A stretch of DNA of 64,000 nt from Deferribacterales bacterium (GTDB lineage: Bacteria > Chrysiogenota > Deferribacteres > Deferribacterales > Geovibrionaceae). The translations under genes were made by a program, and so were the position numbers. The DNA lies in the NCBI GenBank assembly GCA_050251945.1, contig JBFWLW010000003.1:192001-256000 (forward strand), written 5' to 3'. How positions within the stretch are numbered: position 1 is the first letter of the stretch; every line of letters starts with the position of its first letter. Shown one piece after another: positions 1-8,677 of this stretch. Below the pieces are notes generated by a model. It did no database searches, was not told the DNA's origin, and saw nothing but the letters and a program-made list of their open reading frames with translations.

Positions 1-1267
1 GCGCCGCACGCACAACACTTCTTCTGTATTCCACAGCCCGCATTATGTCCGTTGCCATGTGCTGATAAGGTCCCTGCGTGTCCCCGAACCAGCTGTCGTT
101 CGTAACAACGGCTATCATGTTGGCGCCGGCTTCTATCTGTGAGCGGACAAGTCCGCTGTATGCGCTTTCATAACATACAAGGGGAGCCGCCTTTATCTTT
201 TCATGGTCAAAGACCACAGGCGTCGTTCCGGCGGAAAAATCCTCCGCTCCCTTGAAGAAATAGTAATCTATCGGTTTAAACAGCGCCCCAAGCGGAAAAT
301 ATTCCCCGAAAGGCACAAGATGTCTCTTGTCGTACGTCTGCACATTCTTACCGTCAAACAGATATACGCTGTTGTAGTATTTTCTGTCCTTCACCTTTCC
401 GTCGTTTCGTATAACCCCCGCCAGAACGGGTGTTACTTCGGAAACTATGCTCATAAGCCTGTATCCGGTAAAATCTTTGTCCATCATATTCGGATAGACG
501 CTTTCAGGAAGCATCAGAAGTTCGTAATTCTGAGGCGATGAGTTGCGTATAAGTTCACTCACCTGCAAAATAACCTCAAGTTCCTTATCCATATTCCATT
601 TATCGTTCTGGCTGTAGGCGGGCTGTATTATCCTCGTTTTCAGTATCTCGTGGTTATATTCCCTGTGCTGTGCCAGAAAACCGTATGAAAACACTGCAAC
701 AATGACAACCGACGCTATAGCAAACGAATTTCTGTTCCTGTCTCTGATAAAAGACGCCAGCGCAAGGTTGAAATATGCGACGACAAGGCTTATCAGAAAT
801 TCTCCGCCAAGATCAGCTGCCTGAACCGCCGGCGCAAAGGATGTCTGAGTATGCCCCAGATAAAGCCACGGAAAACCTGTGAAAAGATTGGCGCGCACTA
901 TCTCAAGGGCGACTATCGCCGTAGCCCCGAGAATATTTGCGGAGGGACGGCGCATATATATCCAGCCGAACAGCGCCCAGAACAGTGCAAGGACAGCGGC
1001 AAACACCGCCACAAGCAACATTCCCACAATGGCGGGCGCACCGCCGAAATGGGAAACGGACGTTTCTACCCATCTCAGGTTGTAACAGTAGTAAAGGAAA
1101 GCGAAAGTGAAGAAAATAAGCCATGGACGTCTATTATCTGAAGCCGACAGAATAACCGGAACCAGCGCGAAATACGCCAGAAACCAGAGGTCGATGCCGG
1201 GAGAGGCAAGGGTCAGCAAAAACGCTGATAATAAAGCCGACAGGTATGGAATGAGTTTCTCTTTCAT
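1..1267 (-). CDS. lnt: Apolipoprotein N-acyltransferase (3' end runs off the window)
   Basis: Manual translation from ATG at 1267 (MKEKLIPYLSALLSAFLLTLASPG). Hydrophobic N-terminus, then CN-hydrolase motifs KRHLVPFGEY, LCYES and TNDSWFG. Confidence 0.9.
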   Translation of the reverse strand, partial: MKEKLIPYLSALLSAFLLTLASPGIDLWFLAYFALVPVILSASDNRRPWLIFFTFAFLYYCYNLRWVETSVSHFGGAPAIVGMLLVAVFAAVLALFWALFGWIYMRRPSANILGATAIVALEIVRANLFTGFPWLYLGHTQTSFAPAVQAADLGGEFLISLVVAYFNLALASFIRDRNRNSFAIASVVIVAVFSYGFLAQHREYNHEILKTRIIQPAYSQNDKWNMDKELEVILQVSELIRNSSPQNYELLMLPESVYPNMMDKDFTGYRLMSIVSEVTPVLAGVIRNDGKVKDRKYYNSVYLFDGKNVQTYDKRHLVPFGEYFPLGALFKPIDYYFFKGAEDFSAGTTPVVFDHEKIKAAPLVCYESAYSGLVRSQIEAGANMIAVVTNDSWFGDTQGPYQHMATDIMRAVEYRRSVVRAA

Positions 1268-1314
1268 TGGGGAATAATAATATAAGAAGCTGAGAACTGC
1301 AATCTAAAGAAAAG

Positions 1315-1659
1315 TCAAATGCGACAGCCTATCCCGAATCTGCGGCAGAATCTGCCCAGTCTGCTGTCGTCCAGAAGCTCGCCTGTGACCATCTGCACGA
1401 GTATCTTGCCCGCCATACCGCGACCTATAACCATCTTTGTTCCTTCACAGGTGATGATAAGCTCGCCGCCGCCGTCGTTGCCGGATACTTCTACAGAAGC
1501 CCCTTCATAGATGCCCATCTCTTTCAGACGTTTCGCAAAGCGACAGTGGGCGTGGTCTTCACAGTCAATGACCAGCTTTTTGATGATACCGCGGCTTCCC
1601 GCTTTCATCATCACCAGAGGAACTGTCGTAATTACGTTTTCACAGCATGTATTTGACAA
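1315..1659 (-). CDS. feoA: FeoA-family SH3-like protein with Cys/His-rich extensions
   Basis: KRLKEMGIYEGASVEV...IGRGMAGKILV is a typical FeoA pattern. TTG start with GGAG RBS. Confidence 0.8.
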   Translation of the reverse strand: MSNTCCENVITTVPLVMMKAGSRGIIKKLVIDCEDHAHCRFAKRLKEMGIYEGASVEVSGNDGGGELIITCEGTKMVIGRGMAGKILVQMVTGELLDDSRLGRFCRRFGIGCRI

Positions 1660-1687
1660 TTAAATTCTCCTGTTGGGCGAATATACA

Positions 1688-1706
1688 GCAAATGAAACTC
1701 ATTATC
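1688..1706. promoter_or_regulatory. Fur box between divergent feoA and fur
   Basis: GCAAATGAAACTCATTATC matches GATAATGATAATCATTATC at 15/19 and lies about 30 bp upstream of feoA. Confidence 0.65.
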
Positions 1707-1824
1707 AATATCAAACTTGTACATAAAATATTAATTTTCAACTGACAAATCAATCATTATTAAAAAAATATATGGAATAAACAGAATTATCGGGTTATTC
1801 TGTAAGTAAGAAAACCAGTCGGGG

Positions 1825-2274
1825 ATGTGTATGCACTATAACACAAAAGACACTCACAACTTATTTTCTCAATACCTGAGCGAACAGAACCTGAGGATGA
1901 CAACGCAGCGCGAACTTATCCTTAAGACCTTCTGCAAACAGAAGAAGCACGTCACCGCCGAACAGCTTTACGAAGTATTGAAAAAAGTCGACCCCACTAT
2001 CGGACACGCAACTGTTTACCGGACAATGAAACTCCTTACCGAAGCGGGAATAGCACGGGAACTCAACTTCGGCGAGGGTTCGGTGCGCTATGAACCGGAC
2101 ACCAGCAAAGAACACCACGACCACCTTGTCTGCGTTAAATGCGGCGAGAACATAGAGTTCCTTGATGAAGAGATTGAAAATCTTCAGAAGAGGGTGGTGT
2201 CAAAATACGGATATGAGCTTGTCGACCATTCGCTGAATCTTTACGGCATCTGCCCGAAGTGTCAGAAAAGTTAA
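1825..2274 (+). CDS. fur: Fur-family transcriptional regulator
   Basis: RMTTQR, ATVYRTM, HHDHLVCVKCG and CPKC motifs. Confidence 0.92.
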   Translation: MCMHYNTKDTHNLFSQYLSEQNLRMTTQRELILKTFCKQKKHVTAEQLYEVLKKVDPTIGHATVYRTMKLLTEAGIARELNFGEGSVRYEPDTSKEHHDHLVCVKCGENIEFLDEEIENLQKRVVSKYGYELVDHSLNLYGICPKCQKS

Positions 2275-2323
2275 TATCGGAAATAACTTCCTGTTATTTT
2301 TGATTAACGCTCCAGCTACACGT

Positions 2324-2607
2324 TCCGTCTTCGCGAGGAATGAAATGACGACGCGATCTGATCACTTCAGCAACAATAAAGGCATCGGTAATTCTATGCG
2401 GTTCAGACTGCTTCACCCCGATGGGGTTCGCAGAGACAAATAGGAAAGTTACAAAATAATATAAAGAAGATAACCTGACATTTCTGTTTCCGTCTTCGCG
2501 AGGAATTAAATGACGACGCGATCTGATCACTTCAGAAACAATAAAAGCACCGGTAATTCTATGCGGTTCAGACTGCTTCACCCCGATAGGGTTCGCAGAG
2601 ACAAATA
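2324..2607. repeat. Two tandem REPIN-like units (period 165 bp)
   Basis: GTCTTCGCGAGGAA..GACGACGCGATCT ... AGACTGCTTCACCCCGATRGGGTTCGCAGAGAC starts at 2327 and again at 2492. Confidence 0.85.
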
Positions 2608-2649
2608 AGAAAACTGACGCAGGAATGCGAAGCAGATAAGCAGCAAAAA

Positions 2650-4038
2650 CTACTGCATCAGGTCGGTTACGGGAACAATCTTCACACCCATCTTTTCTAT
2701 CTCCGCCAAAGCATCAGGCAATGCACTGACCGTTCCGTCACGCAAATGTCCGATGGCTATTGAACTGCCGTTTGAAAGCGCTTTTTTCGCCGCAGACAAA
2801 AGCTGAACGTGAACGTGGTTCTCTTTGTCGTTCTTTGTCACAAGCCCCGGTTCCTCATTATCAAGGAACGTACTGTTAGCCGCGCATTTCATGCCTGCTT
2901 TGCGGCACTCGTCATACGCCTTGGAAGCGGGTGATGTGTGGCTGTCCAGAAATCTTCCGGTGTACAGCTTCATATATTTCAGCGCCTGTTCCATCTTTCC
3001 GGCATCCTCAGTATAGGCGGAACCTGTATGGTTGTTAGCACCGTCAAGCTGCATTCCGAAATATGCAAAATTCGCTCTGGTGACAGCTCCGATGAGCGCA
3101 TCCGGCATGTTGAGAAGCAGAGCGCCCTTGCCCGGATCAAAATCCGGATATGCTTTGGGCTGCATGGGGAAGTGTATGAAAACAGTGTTAGAACTTCTTT
3201 TGGCTATTTTCGCGGTCTCCACGCCGTAAGGGGTATATGGAATTATTGCGAACGTAACCGGATAACCGATATTTGCCAGCTGTTTTGCCAGCGGTATGCT
3301 GTATCCGCAGTCGTCTATTACCACCGCGAGTTTTGCGGTATATTTTATAGGTTTCTTCACTGCAGGTTTGGGTGCAGGTAAAGGAACGGGCGCAGGTTTT
3401 GGTTTAACCGTTTGTTTCGGCGGTTCCGGTCTTTTCTCTGCAACTTTTTTCTCTTCCGCTTTCGGCTTAGTTTCAACTTTAGGCTTTTCCGTAACTTTCG
3501 GAGCCTTCGGCACAAAGAAACCGATTGAATATTCGCCGTGGGTGTCTTTTACCACCAGAGGGGATTTCGAGGCTATCTCAAGTCCGTTCTCTTTCATGTA
3601 GTCTCTGAGACCTGCGGAAAGTTTTTTCGCATCTCTGTCGCTGTCCGCCTGAATAGTGATGGACATATCGGTACGGCTTATTCTGTCCTGACTTAAACCT
3701 TTGTCGAACATGAACAGTTTGACAGCGTTAACAGCGCTGACCACTTCAACGGGTTTTTCAACCGTCTTCTCTATGGTCTTTTCGACTATCTTAACTTCCG
3801 GTTCCGGTTTCTTTTCCGGTTTCGGAGCTTCCTTTTTCTTTTCAACAACAGCCTTTTCAGGTACGGCAGGCTTTTTCACCGGGGATTTTTCGTCATCCTT
3901 CATCATATAAAACAAAGACGCAATGAGAAGGGGCATAAAGATTATCAGTATACCGATGGGAAATTGCTTTTTGTTTCCGCCTTTCTGTGTGCGTCTGGGT
4001 CTTGCTGCGGGTTTTCTTACGTTCTTTCTGGGAGGCAT
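2650..4038 (-). CDS. Divergent polysaccharide deacetylase (YibQ-like) with N-terminal TM and Pro/Lys-rich linker
   Basis: AVVIDDCG, HFPMQP, NNHTGS, FLDS, FLDN and AIGH motifs. Confidence 0.85.
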   Translation of the reverse strand: MPPRKNVRKPAARPRRTQKGGNKKQFPIGILIIFMPLLIASLFYMMKDDEKSPVKKPAVPEKAVVEKKKEAPKPEKKPEPEVKIVEKTIEKTVEKPVEVVSAVNAVKLFMFDKGLSQDRISRTDMSITIQADSDRDAKKLSAGLRDYMKENGLEIASKSPLVVKDTHGEYSIGFFVPKAPKVTEKPKVETKPKAEEKKVAEKRPEPPKQTVKPKPAPVPLPAPKPAVKKPIKYTAKLAVVIDDCGYSIPLAKQLANIGYPVTFAIIPYTPYGVETAKIAKRSSNTVFIHFPMQPKAYPDFDPGKGALLLNMPDALIGAVTRANFAYFGMQLDGANNHTGSAYTEDAGKMEQALKYMKLYTGRFLDSHTSPASKAYDECRKAGMKCAANSTFLDNEEPGLVTKNDKENHVHVQLLSAAKKALSNGSSIAIGHLRDGTVSALPDALAEIEKMGVKIVPVTDLMQ

Positions 4039-4039
4039 A

Positions 4040-4402
4040 TCACCACGACATTATAGCTGCTTCATCAGACAGCAGAATATTGAAAAAGTATTTGGATTCC
4101 GCCTGTTCGCATCCGGCGATGAGATCCAGCGCGCTTATGTTCAGGCTTTTCATATCGTCCACACCCACAAGAACACGTCCGCCCTCTTTAAGAAATTCTC
4201 TGACAGCGTCCAGAGATTCTGTCTGGGTTGTGGGAACGATAAAAGAAGGTTTAGATTTATCTGCGATGAGAACCCCTTCGGCAGACAGCAGTAAAAAGAC
4301 TGTGGCTGAATAGTCGAATGCAGATTTTGCAAAGCGGAGCGCCTTGCCCGCCTTTATAGGTTCGCTTGATGTGAGATGCACAACTATGATTTTATCCGGC
4401 AC
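4040..4402 (-). CDS. DsrE/DsrF-like small protein
   Basis: 120 aa with the KALRFA...VFLLLSAEGV pattern of the DsrE fold. Confidence 0.55.
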   Translation of the reverse strand: MPDKIIVVHLTSSEPIKAGKALRFAKSAFDYSATVFLLLSAEGVLIADKSKPSFIVPTTQTESLDAVREFLKEGGRVLVGVDDMKSLNISALDLIAGCEQAESKYFFNILLSDEAAIMSW

Positions 4403-4467
4403 GGCGTATCCTCCGTAGAATAATATTATACAGCATAGCCGTTAAATGTGAAGAGTTAAAAGAAATT

Positions 4468-5232
4468 TCAGGAGGCTGTGAAATATACCGCTTCTATGAG
4501 TTCCTGTGCGCGGCGGGTGATATATTTTCTGTCATGTTCAAGACTGCTCATACCCTCCATGAAAGAAACGTCGACATCCGTTCTGCGCACTGAGGCAAAA
4601 CGGGAAAAATGTGGAGCAAAGCTCATATCTCCGTACCAGCATACAAAATCGCAGTTTTCCGGTGAAAAGCTTTCGCCGTCTATCTTTGAATATTTCAGGC
4701 AGACCGGAACAACGTCCACACCCGCTTCGGAAGCGCCCGCCAGAAAGGAGGAACGGAACGGAAGTATCTGCGAACCGTCGGTTGATGTTCCTTCGGGAAA
4801 AAGCACAACGTTGAATCCCTGCGATATTATCTTTGTGATGCCGTCAAGCTCCCCTTTGATGTTCCGCACGTTTCGCCGCTCAACAAAAAAGGTACCGCCT
4901 ATCTTTGCCAGAAAACCCAGAAGGAAGGTTTTTTCAATTTCCACGGAAGATATAAAAACGGATGGTTTTACAGACGACAGAACAAGTATGTCCAGATACG
5001 ACATATGATTGCACACCATCAGTCTGCCGCGTCCGTCATTTTCAAATGCTTCATCCGCGTGTACGCGAACGCCGAGAAATCTGCCGCCTATGCGGCACAT
5101 CACTGAGGTCCACCACACGGACACTTTGCGGCGGTTCACATCCGTAACGGCATAAAGCCGCAGCACCAGCGCACCGGCGATAAACACACAGAACAGAAAA
5201 ACAGCTCCTGTAAGTTTGTAAGCTTTAAACAT
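4468..5232 (-). CDS. PlsC-family lysophospholipid acyltransferase (OlsA-like)
   Basis: NHMSYLD (HxxxxD), FFVER and FPEGTS motifs. Directly downstream of an OlsB-like GNAT gene. Confidence 0.85.
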   Translation of the reverse strand: MFKAYKLTGAVFLFCVFIAGALVLRLYAVTDVNRRKVSVWWTSVMCRIGGRFLGVRVHADEAFENDGRGRLMVCNHMSYLDILVLSSVKPSVFISSVEIEKTFLLGFLAKIGGTFFVERRNVRNIKGELDGITKIISQGFNVVLFPEGTSTDGSQILPFRSSFLAGASEAGVDVVPVCLKYSKIDGESFSPENCDFVCWYGDMSFAPHFSRFASVRRTDVDVSFMEGMSSLEHDRKYITRRAQELIEAVYFTAS

Positions 5233-5233
5233 A

Positions 5234-6106
5234 TTACTTCAAAAATTTACGAACGAACGCAGGATCCATTTTTTTGCGGTCGATGAGCGTAAGATAATCG
5301 TAACACTTGAACGCCTTGTCATATGCCGGCTTTCCGCAGACAAAACCGCCCGCTTTCAGATATGAAAGAAGGAGCGGCGGAATGAGGTTCACGGCGGCAT
5401 CGCGGAAGGGTGCAAAACGCTCCTCGCCAGTCTTTTCTATCATCCTGTCAAATTTTTTGTCCCTGAACTTTCCACGGGGGCTTATGCCATCGTACTCTTT
5501 CGGCAGATATCCGCTGTTTCCCAGCCAGTGGTGGATAAGCGCCGTCTGGAAAGTATCGTCGGAGTGAATTGACGAACAGCCGAACATATATCTTGAATCG
5601 GTGATGGACATGTAAGCGCCAAGCCCTTTCCAAAGAGCCGCTATTGTCGCTCCGTTGCGGTAGTCGGGGTGTACGCACGCGCGTCCCAGCTCTATCTTAT
5701 GTCCGGAAAGCTCTTTTATCTCGTCCATGTGGAACTCTTTCTCGGAATAGAATTTTTTATTGAATCTTGTACTGTTCAGCCTGTAAGTGCCCACAGGTCT
5801 GCCGCTTTTTTTGTCAATGATGGCAAGGTGGTCGAAGAAAGTATCAAACTTGTCAACATCTATGCCGTAAAGGTCGGTTTTGTACGCGTATTCACCGTAA
5901 AACACCTGATAACGCAGGCGTAAAACTTCCATAAGCTCTTCGCCGTTCTCAATTATCTTGATAATAAATCTGCTGTTGTCCTCACAGAAATTAGTGTTGG
6001 GGCGATATGTGCGTATACGAAAGCGCAGAGTTTTTGATACGTCTCTGATAACTCCGACAGCTTTTTTCACATTCGCTGGAGCCAGCTTTTCCTTTAGAGC
6101 ATTCAT
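5234..6106 (-). CDS. GNAT N-acyltransferase, OlsB/N-acyl amino acid synthase-like
   Basis: LRYQVFYGE, DVDKFDTFFDHL, VGTYRL, ELGRACVHPDYRNG, FGCSS and PPLLLSYLKAG motifs. Start placed at ATG 6106 after a GAGG RBS. Confidence 0.85.
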   Translation of the reverse strand: MNALKEKLAPANVKKAVGVIRDVSKTLRFRIRTYRPNTNFCEDNSRFIIKIIENGEELMEVLRLRYQVFYGEYAYKTDLYGIDVDKFDTFFDHLAIIDKKSGRPVGTYRLNSTRFNKKFYSEKEFHMDEIKELSGHKIELGRACVHPDYRNGATIAALWKGLGAYMSITDSRYMFGCSSIHSDDTFQTALIHHWLGNSGYLPKEYDGISPRGKFRDKKFDRMIEKTGEERFAPFRDAAVNLIPPLLLSYLKAGGFVCGKPAYDKAFKCYDYLTLIDRKKMDPAFVRKFLK

Positions 6107-6292
6107 AGACACCTCACAGTATATGTCTGAAAAATAGCAACCAAATGTCAAAAAACGGTGCGGGTTTTGCAATATATCCATCAAATATTTCACGGCAGCG
6201 GGCATTTATAACAAATATCTGACATTTCAGGGAAATTATGCTGACAAGGCAGGCATATATATTAGTCCATACATAATATGAGAGGTCGGCAA

Positions 6293-8677
6293 ATGGCACA
6301 GGCGGACTTGCACTGTCACTCGAAATTCTCAAAACACCCTTCGGAATGGTTCCTCCAGCGGATCGGCGCGGCAGAGTCATACACAGAACCGGATTTCATC
6401 TATCAGACGGCGAAAAGCCGCGGGATGGATTTCGTAACGGTGACAGACCACAACTGCATTGACGCTTCCGTATACCTGAACGAGAAATACCCGCAGGACA
6501 CCTTTACAGGGGTGGAATCCACTGTCTACTTCCCCGAGGACGGATGCAAAATGCACATCCTCGTATACGGGCTGAACCACAAACAGTTCGACATGATACA
6601 AAAAATCAGACGGGACATATATCAGTTCCGCGACTATATAAAAGAACAGCGGCTGGCATACTCCGTCGCCCACGCAACGTTCAGCGTTAACGGCAGACTG
6701 GCGATGAACCACCTTGAAAAGCTGATGCTCCTTTTCGATGTTTTCGAGGGAATAAACGGCGGACGGGGCAAGCTCCACAACACAACGTGGGTGCGCACTC
6801 TGGAAAACCTTACACCGCTTGCCATGGAAAACCTCTACTCGCGCTACCGCATCGAACCCATAAGCGACACTCCGTGGATAAAAGGCTTTACAGCGGGTTC
6901 CGACGACCACGCCGGACTTTTCCTCGGCAAAACGTATACCCTCACCCGTGCGGCAACCCCGCAGGAGTACGTTGAAGGCATCCGCAAAAAGGAATGCCGC
7001 CACGCGGGACGCTACAGTGACTTCCACTCGCTGGCTTTCACTGTCTACAAGATAGCCCACGATTTCAGCCGCACAAAAAAGAGCGTCCACTTTGCAGGCG
7101 GATTTTTCAGCAAGATAACCGGATACATCTTCGAGCAGGAGAAACCCTCTCTGATGGAGCGCATAAAGCTTACAGGCTTTAAGATGAAGAACACCGGAAA
7201 GATAAATCAACTGATTGTCGAGATGATTCAGGAGATGCAGAACGAATCTTTCAACAACATAGAACGCAAGCTGAACATGGTCTACCACAAAGCTTCCGAC
7301 ATCTCCGACGAGTATTTCCGCATGATGTTCTCACATATGGCAAAGGACATTGAAAAGATAAACATGGACGACCTTTACCAGAGCGTGACAACAGCGCTTC
7401 CGGCGGTCTTCCTATCAATCCCTTTTTTCAGCTCTTTCAACCAGATATACAAGGACAGAGAGCTTATAAACCAGCTCAATGAAAGCTATAACTACGGTTC
7501 GACACCGGTGCGCAAGCGTATCCTGTGGTTCACGGACACCATAAACGACCTGAACGGTGTTTCGGTGACCCTGCGTACCATAGGCAAAATGGCGCACGAC
7601 AAAGGCTATGACCTGAAAATTGTGTCATGCCTTACCCCCGAAGAGATAGACCACCGCCTCCCGCCGAACCTCATAAACCTGAAACCCATAGAGGCGTTCA
7701 AACTGCCTTACTATGAAAAGATAACCGTAAAAGTACCTTCGGTCATACGCGCCCTTGAAGAGATATACGACTTTGAACCGGATGAGGTCTTCATATCAAC
7801 CCCCGGTCCCGTGGGACTCATGGGTCTTTTGGCTTCAAGACTGCTTTCCGTTAAATCAACGGGCATATACCACACTGACTTCACAAAAGAGACTAAAGAA
7901 ATCACCCACAACGACTCGCTGACCAACCTTGTGGAAGCGTACACCAGATGGTTCTTCGATTCCGTTACGGAGCTTAAAACCACGTCTGCACAGTACCTTG
8001 ACTATCTCGAAGACAGAGGCATCAACAGAAACAAAATGTCCGTGTTCAAACGCGGCATAGACGCGCGCCTGTTCTGCCCAATGGACAAGCGACCGGACAA
8101 CGTTTTCACCCTCTGCTACGCAGGAAGGGTTTCGCAGGATAAGAACCTTGATTTCCTTTTGAATCTCTTCACCGACCTTGAGAAGAAATACAAATTGAGA
8201 CTTATCATCGCAGGACACGGACCTTACAGCCCCCGCGTTGAGGAGTTTGCAAAAGGCAGGGACAACGTTATCGTAAAGGGCGAGATAGAGCATACGAAAA
8301 TGCCGGAAATATATGCCCAGAGCGACCTGTTTGTATTCCCCAGCAACACCGACACCTTCGGCATGGTTGTTCTGGAATCACAGGCATGCGGCATACCTGC
8401 CATCGTCTCCGACATGGGCGGGCCCAAAGAGATAATTGAGGACAAAGTGACCGGCTTCGTCGCAAAGGCAAGCGATTATTCAGACTGGACGCATAAACTC
8501 ACATACATGATAGAACTCTGGCAGACCGACATTGCCGCATACAGGGACTTCGGACGCAGCGCCCGCGAGCGTGTGCTTGAGCATTTCAACTGGGACAAGG
8601 TACTTGAGGAACTGTTTATCCGCAAACCCGACATGAACGCCCCGCAGCCGTCAATATCAAGAAGACTTGCCGTCTGA
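6293..8677 (+). CDS. Fusion of a PHP-family phosphoesterase domain and a GT4 glycosyltransferase
   Basis: N-terminal DLHCHS, TDHN, GVE and GSDDH (PHP). C-terminal NGVS, YHTDF, GRVSQDKN and PSNTDTFGMVVLE (GT-B/GT4). GAGG RBS before ATG 6293. Confidence 0.88.
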   Translation: MAQADLHCHSKFSKHPSEWFLQRIGAAESYTEPDFIYQTAKSRGMDFVTVTDHNCIDASVYLNEKYPQDTFTGVESTVYFPEDGCKMHILVYGLNHKQFDMIQKIRRDIYQFRDYIKEQRLAYSVAHATFSVNGRLAMNHLEKLMLLFDVFEGINGGRGKLHNTTWVRTLENLTPLAMENLYSRYRIEPISDTPWIKGFTAGSDDHAGLFLGKTYTLTRAATPQEYVEGIRKKECRHAGRYSDFHSLAFTVYKIAHDFSRTKKSVHFAGGFFSKITGYIFEQEKPSLMERIKLTGFKMKNTGKINQLIVEMIQEMQNESFNNIERKLNMVYHKASDISDEYFRMMFSHMAKDIEKINMDDLYQSVTTALPAVFLSIPFFSSFNQIYKDRELINQLNESYNYGSTPVRKRILWFTDTINDLNGVSVTLRTIGKMAHDKGYDLKIVSCLTPEEIDHRLPPNLINLKPIEAFKLPYYEKITVKVPSVIRALEEIYDFEPDEVFISTPGPVGLMGLLASRLLSVKSTGIYHTDFTKETKEITHNDSLTNLVEAYTRWFFDSVTELKTTSAQYLDYLEDRGINRNKMSVFKRGIDARLFCPMDKRPDNVFTLCYAGRVSQDKNLDFLLNLFTDLEKKYKLRLIIAGHGPYSPRVEEFAKGRDNVIVKGEIEHTKMPEIYAQSDLFVFPSNTDTFGMVVLESQACGIPAIVSDMGGPKEIIEDKVTGFVAKASDYSDWTHKLTYMIELWQTDIAAYRDFGRSARERVLEHFNWDKVLEELFIRKPDMNAPQPSISRRLAV

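Noticed and set aside
2294..2581. 95-aa ORF with an internal duplication
   Set aside because: It is simply the translation of the tandem REPIN units.
6377..7288. 303-aa antisense ORF
   Set aside because: Shadow of the PHP-GT4 gene with no recognisable motifs.
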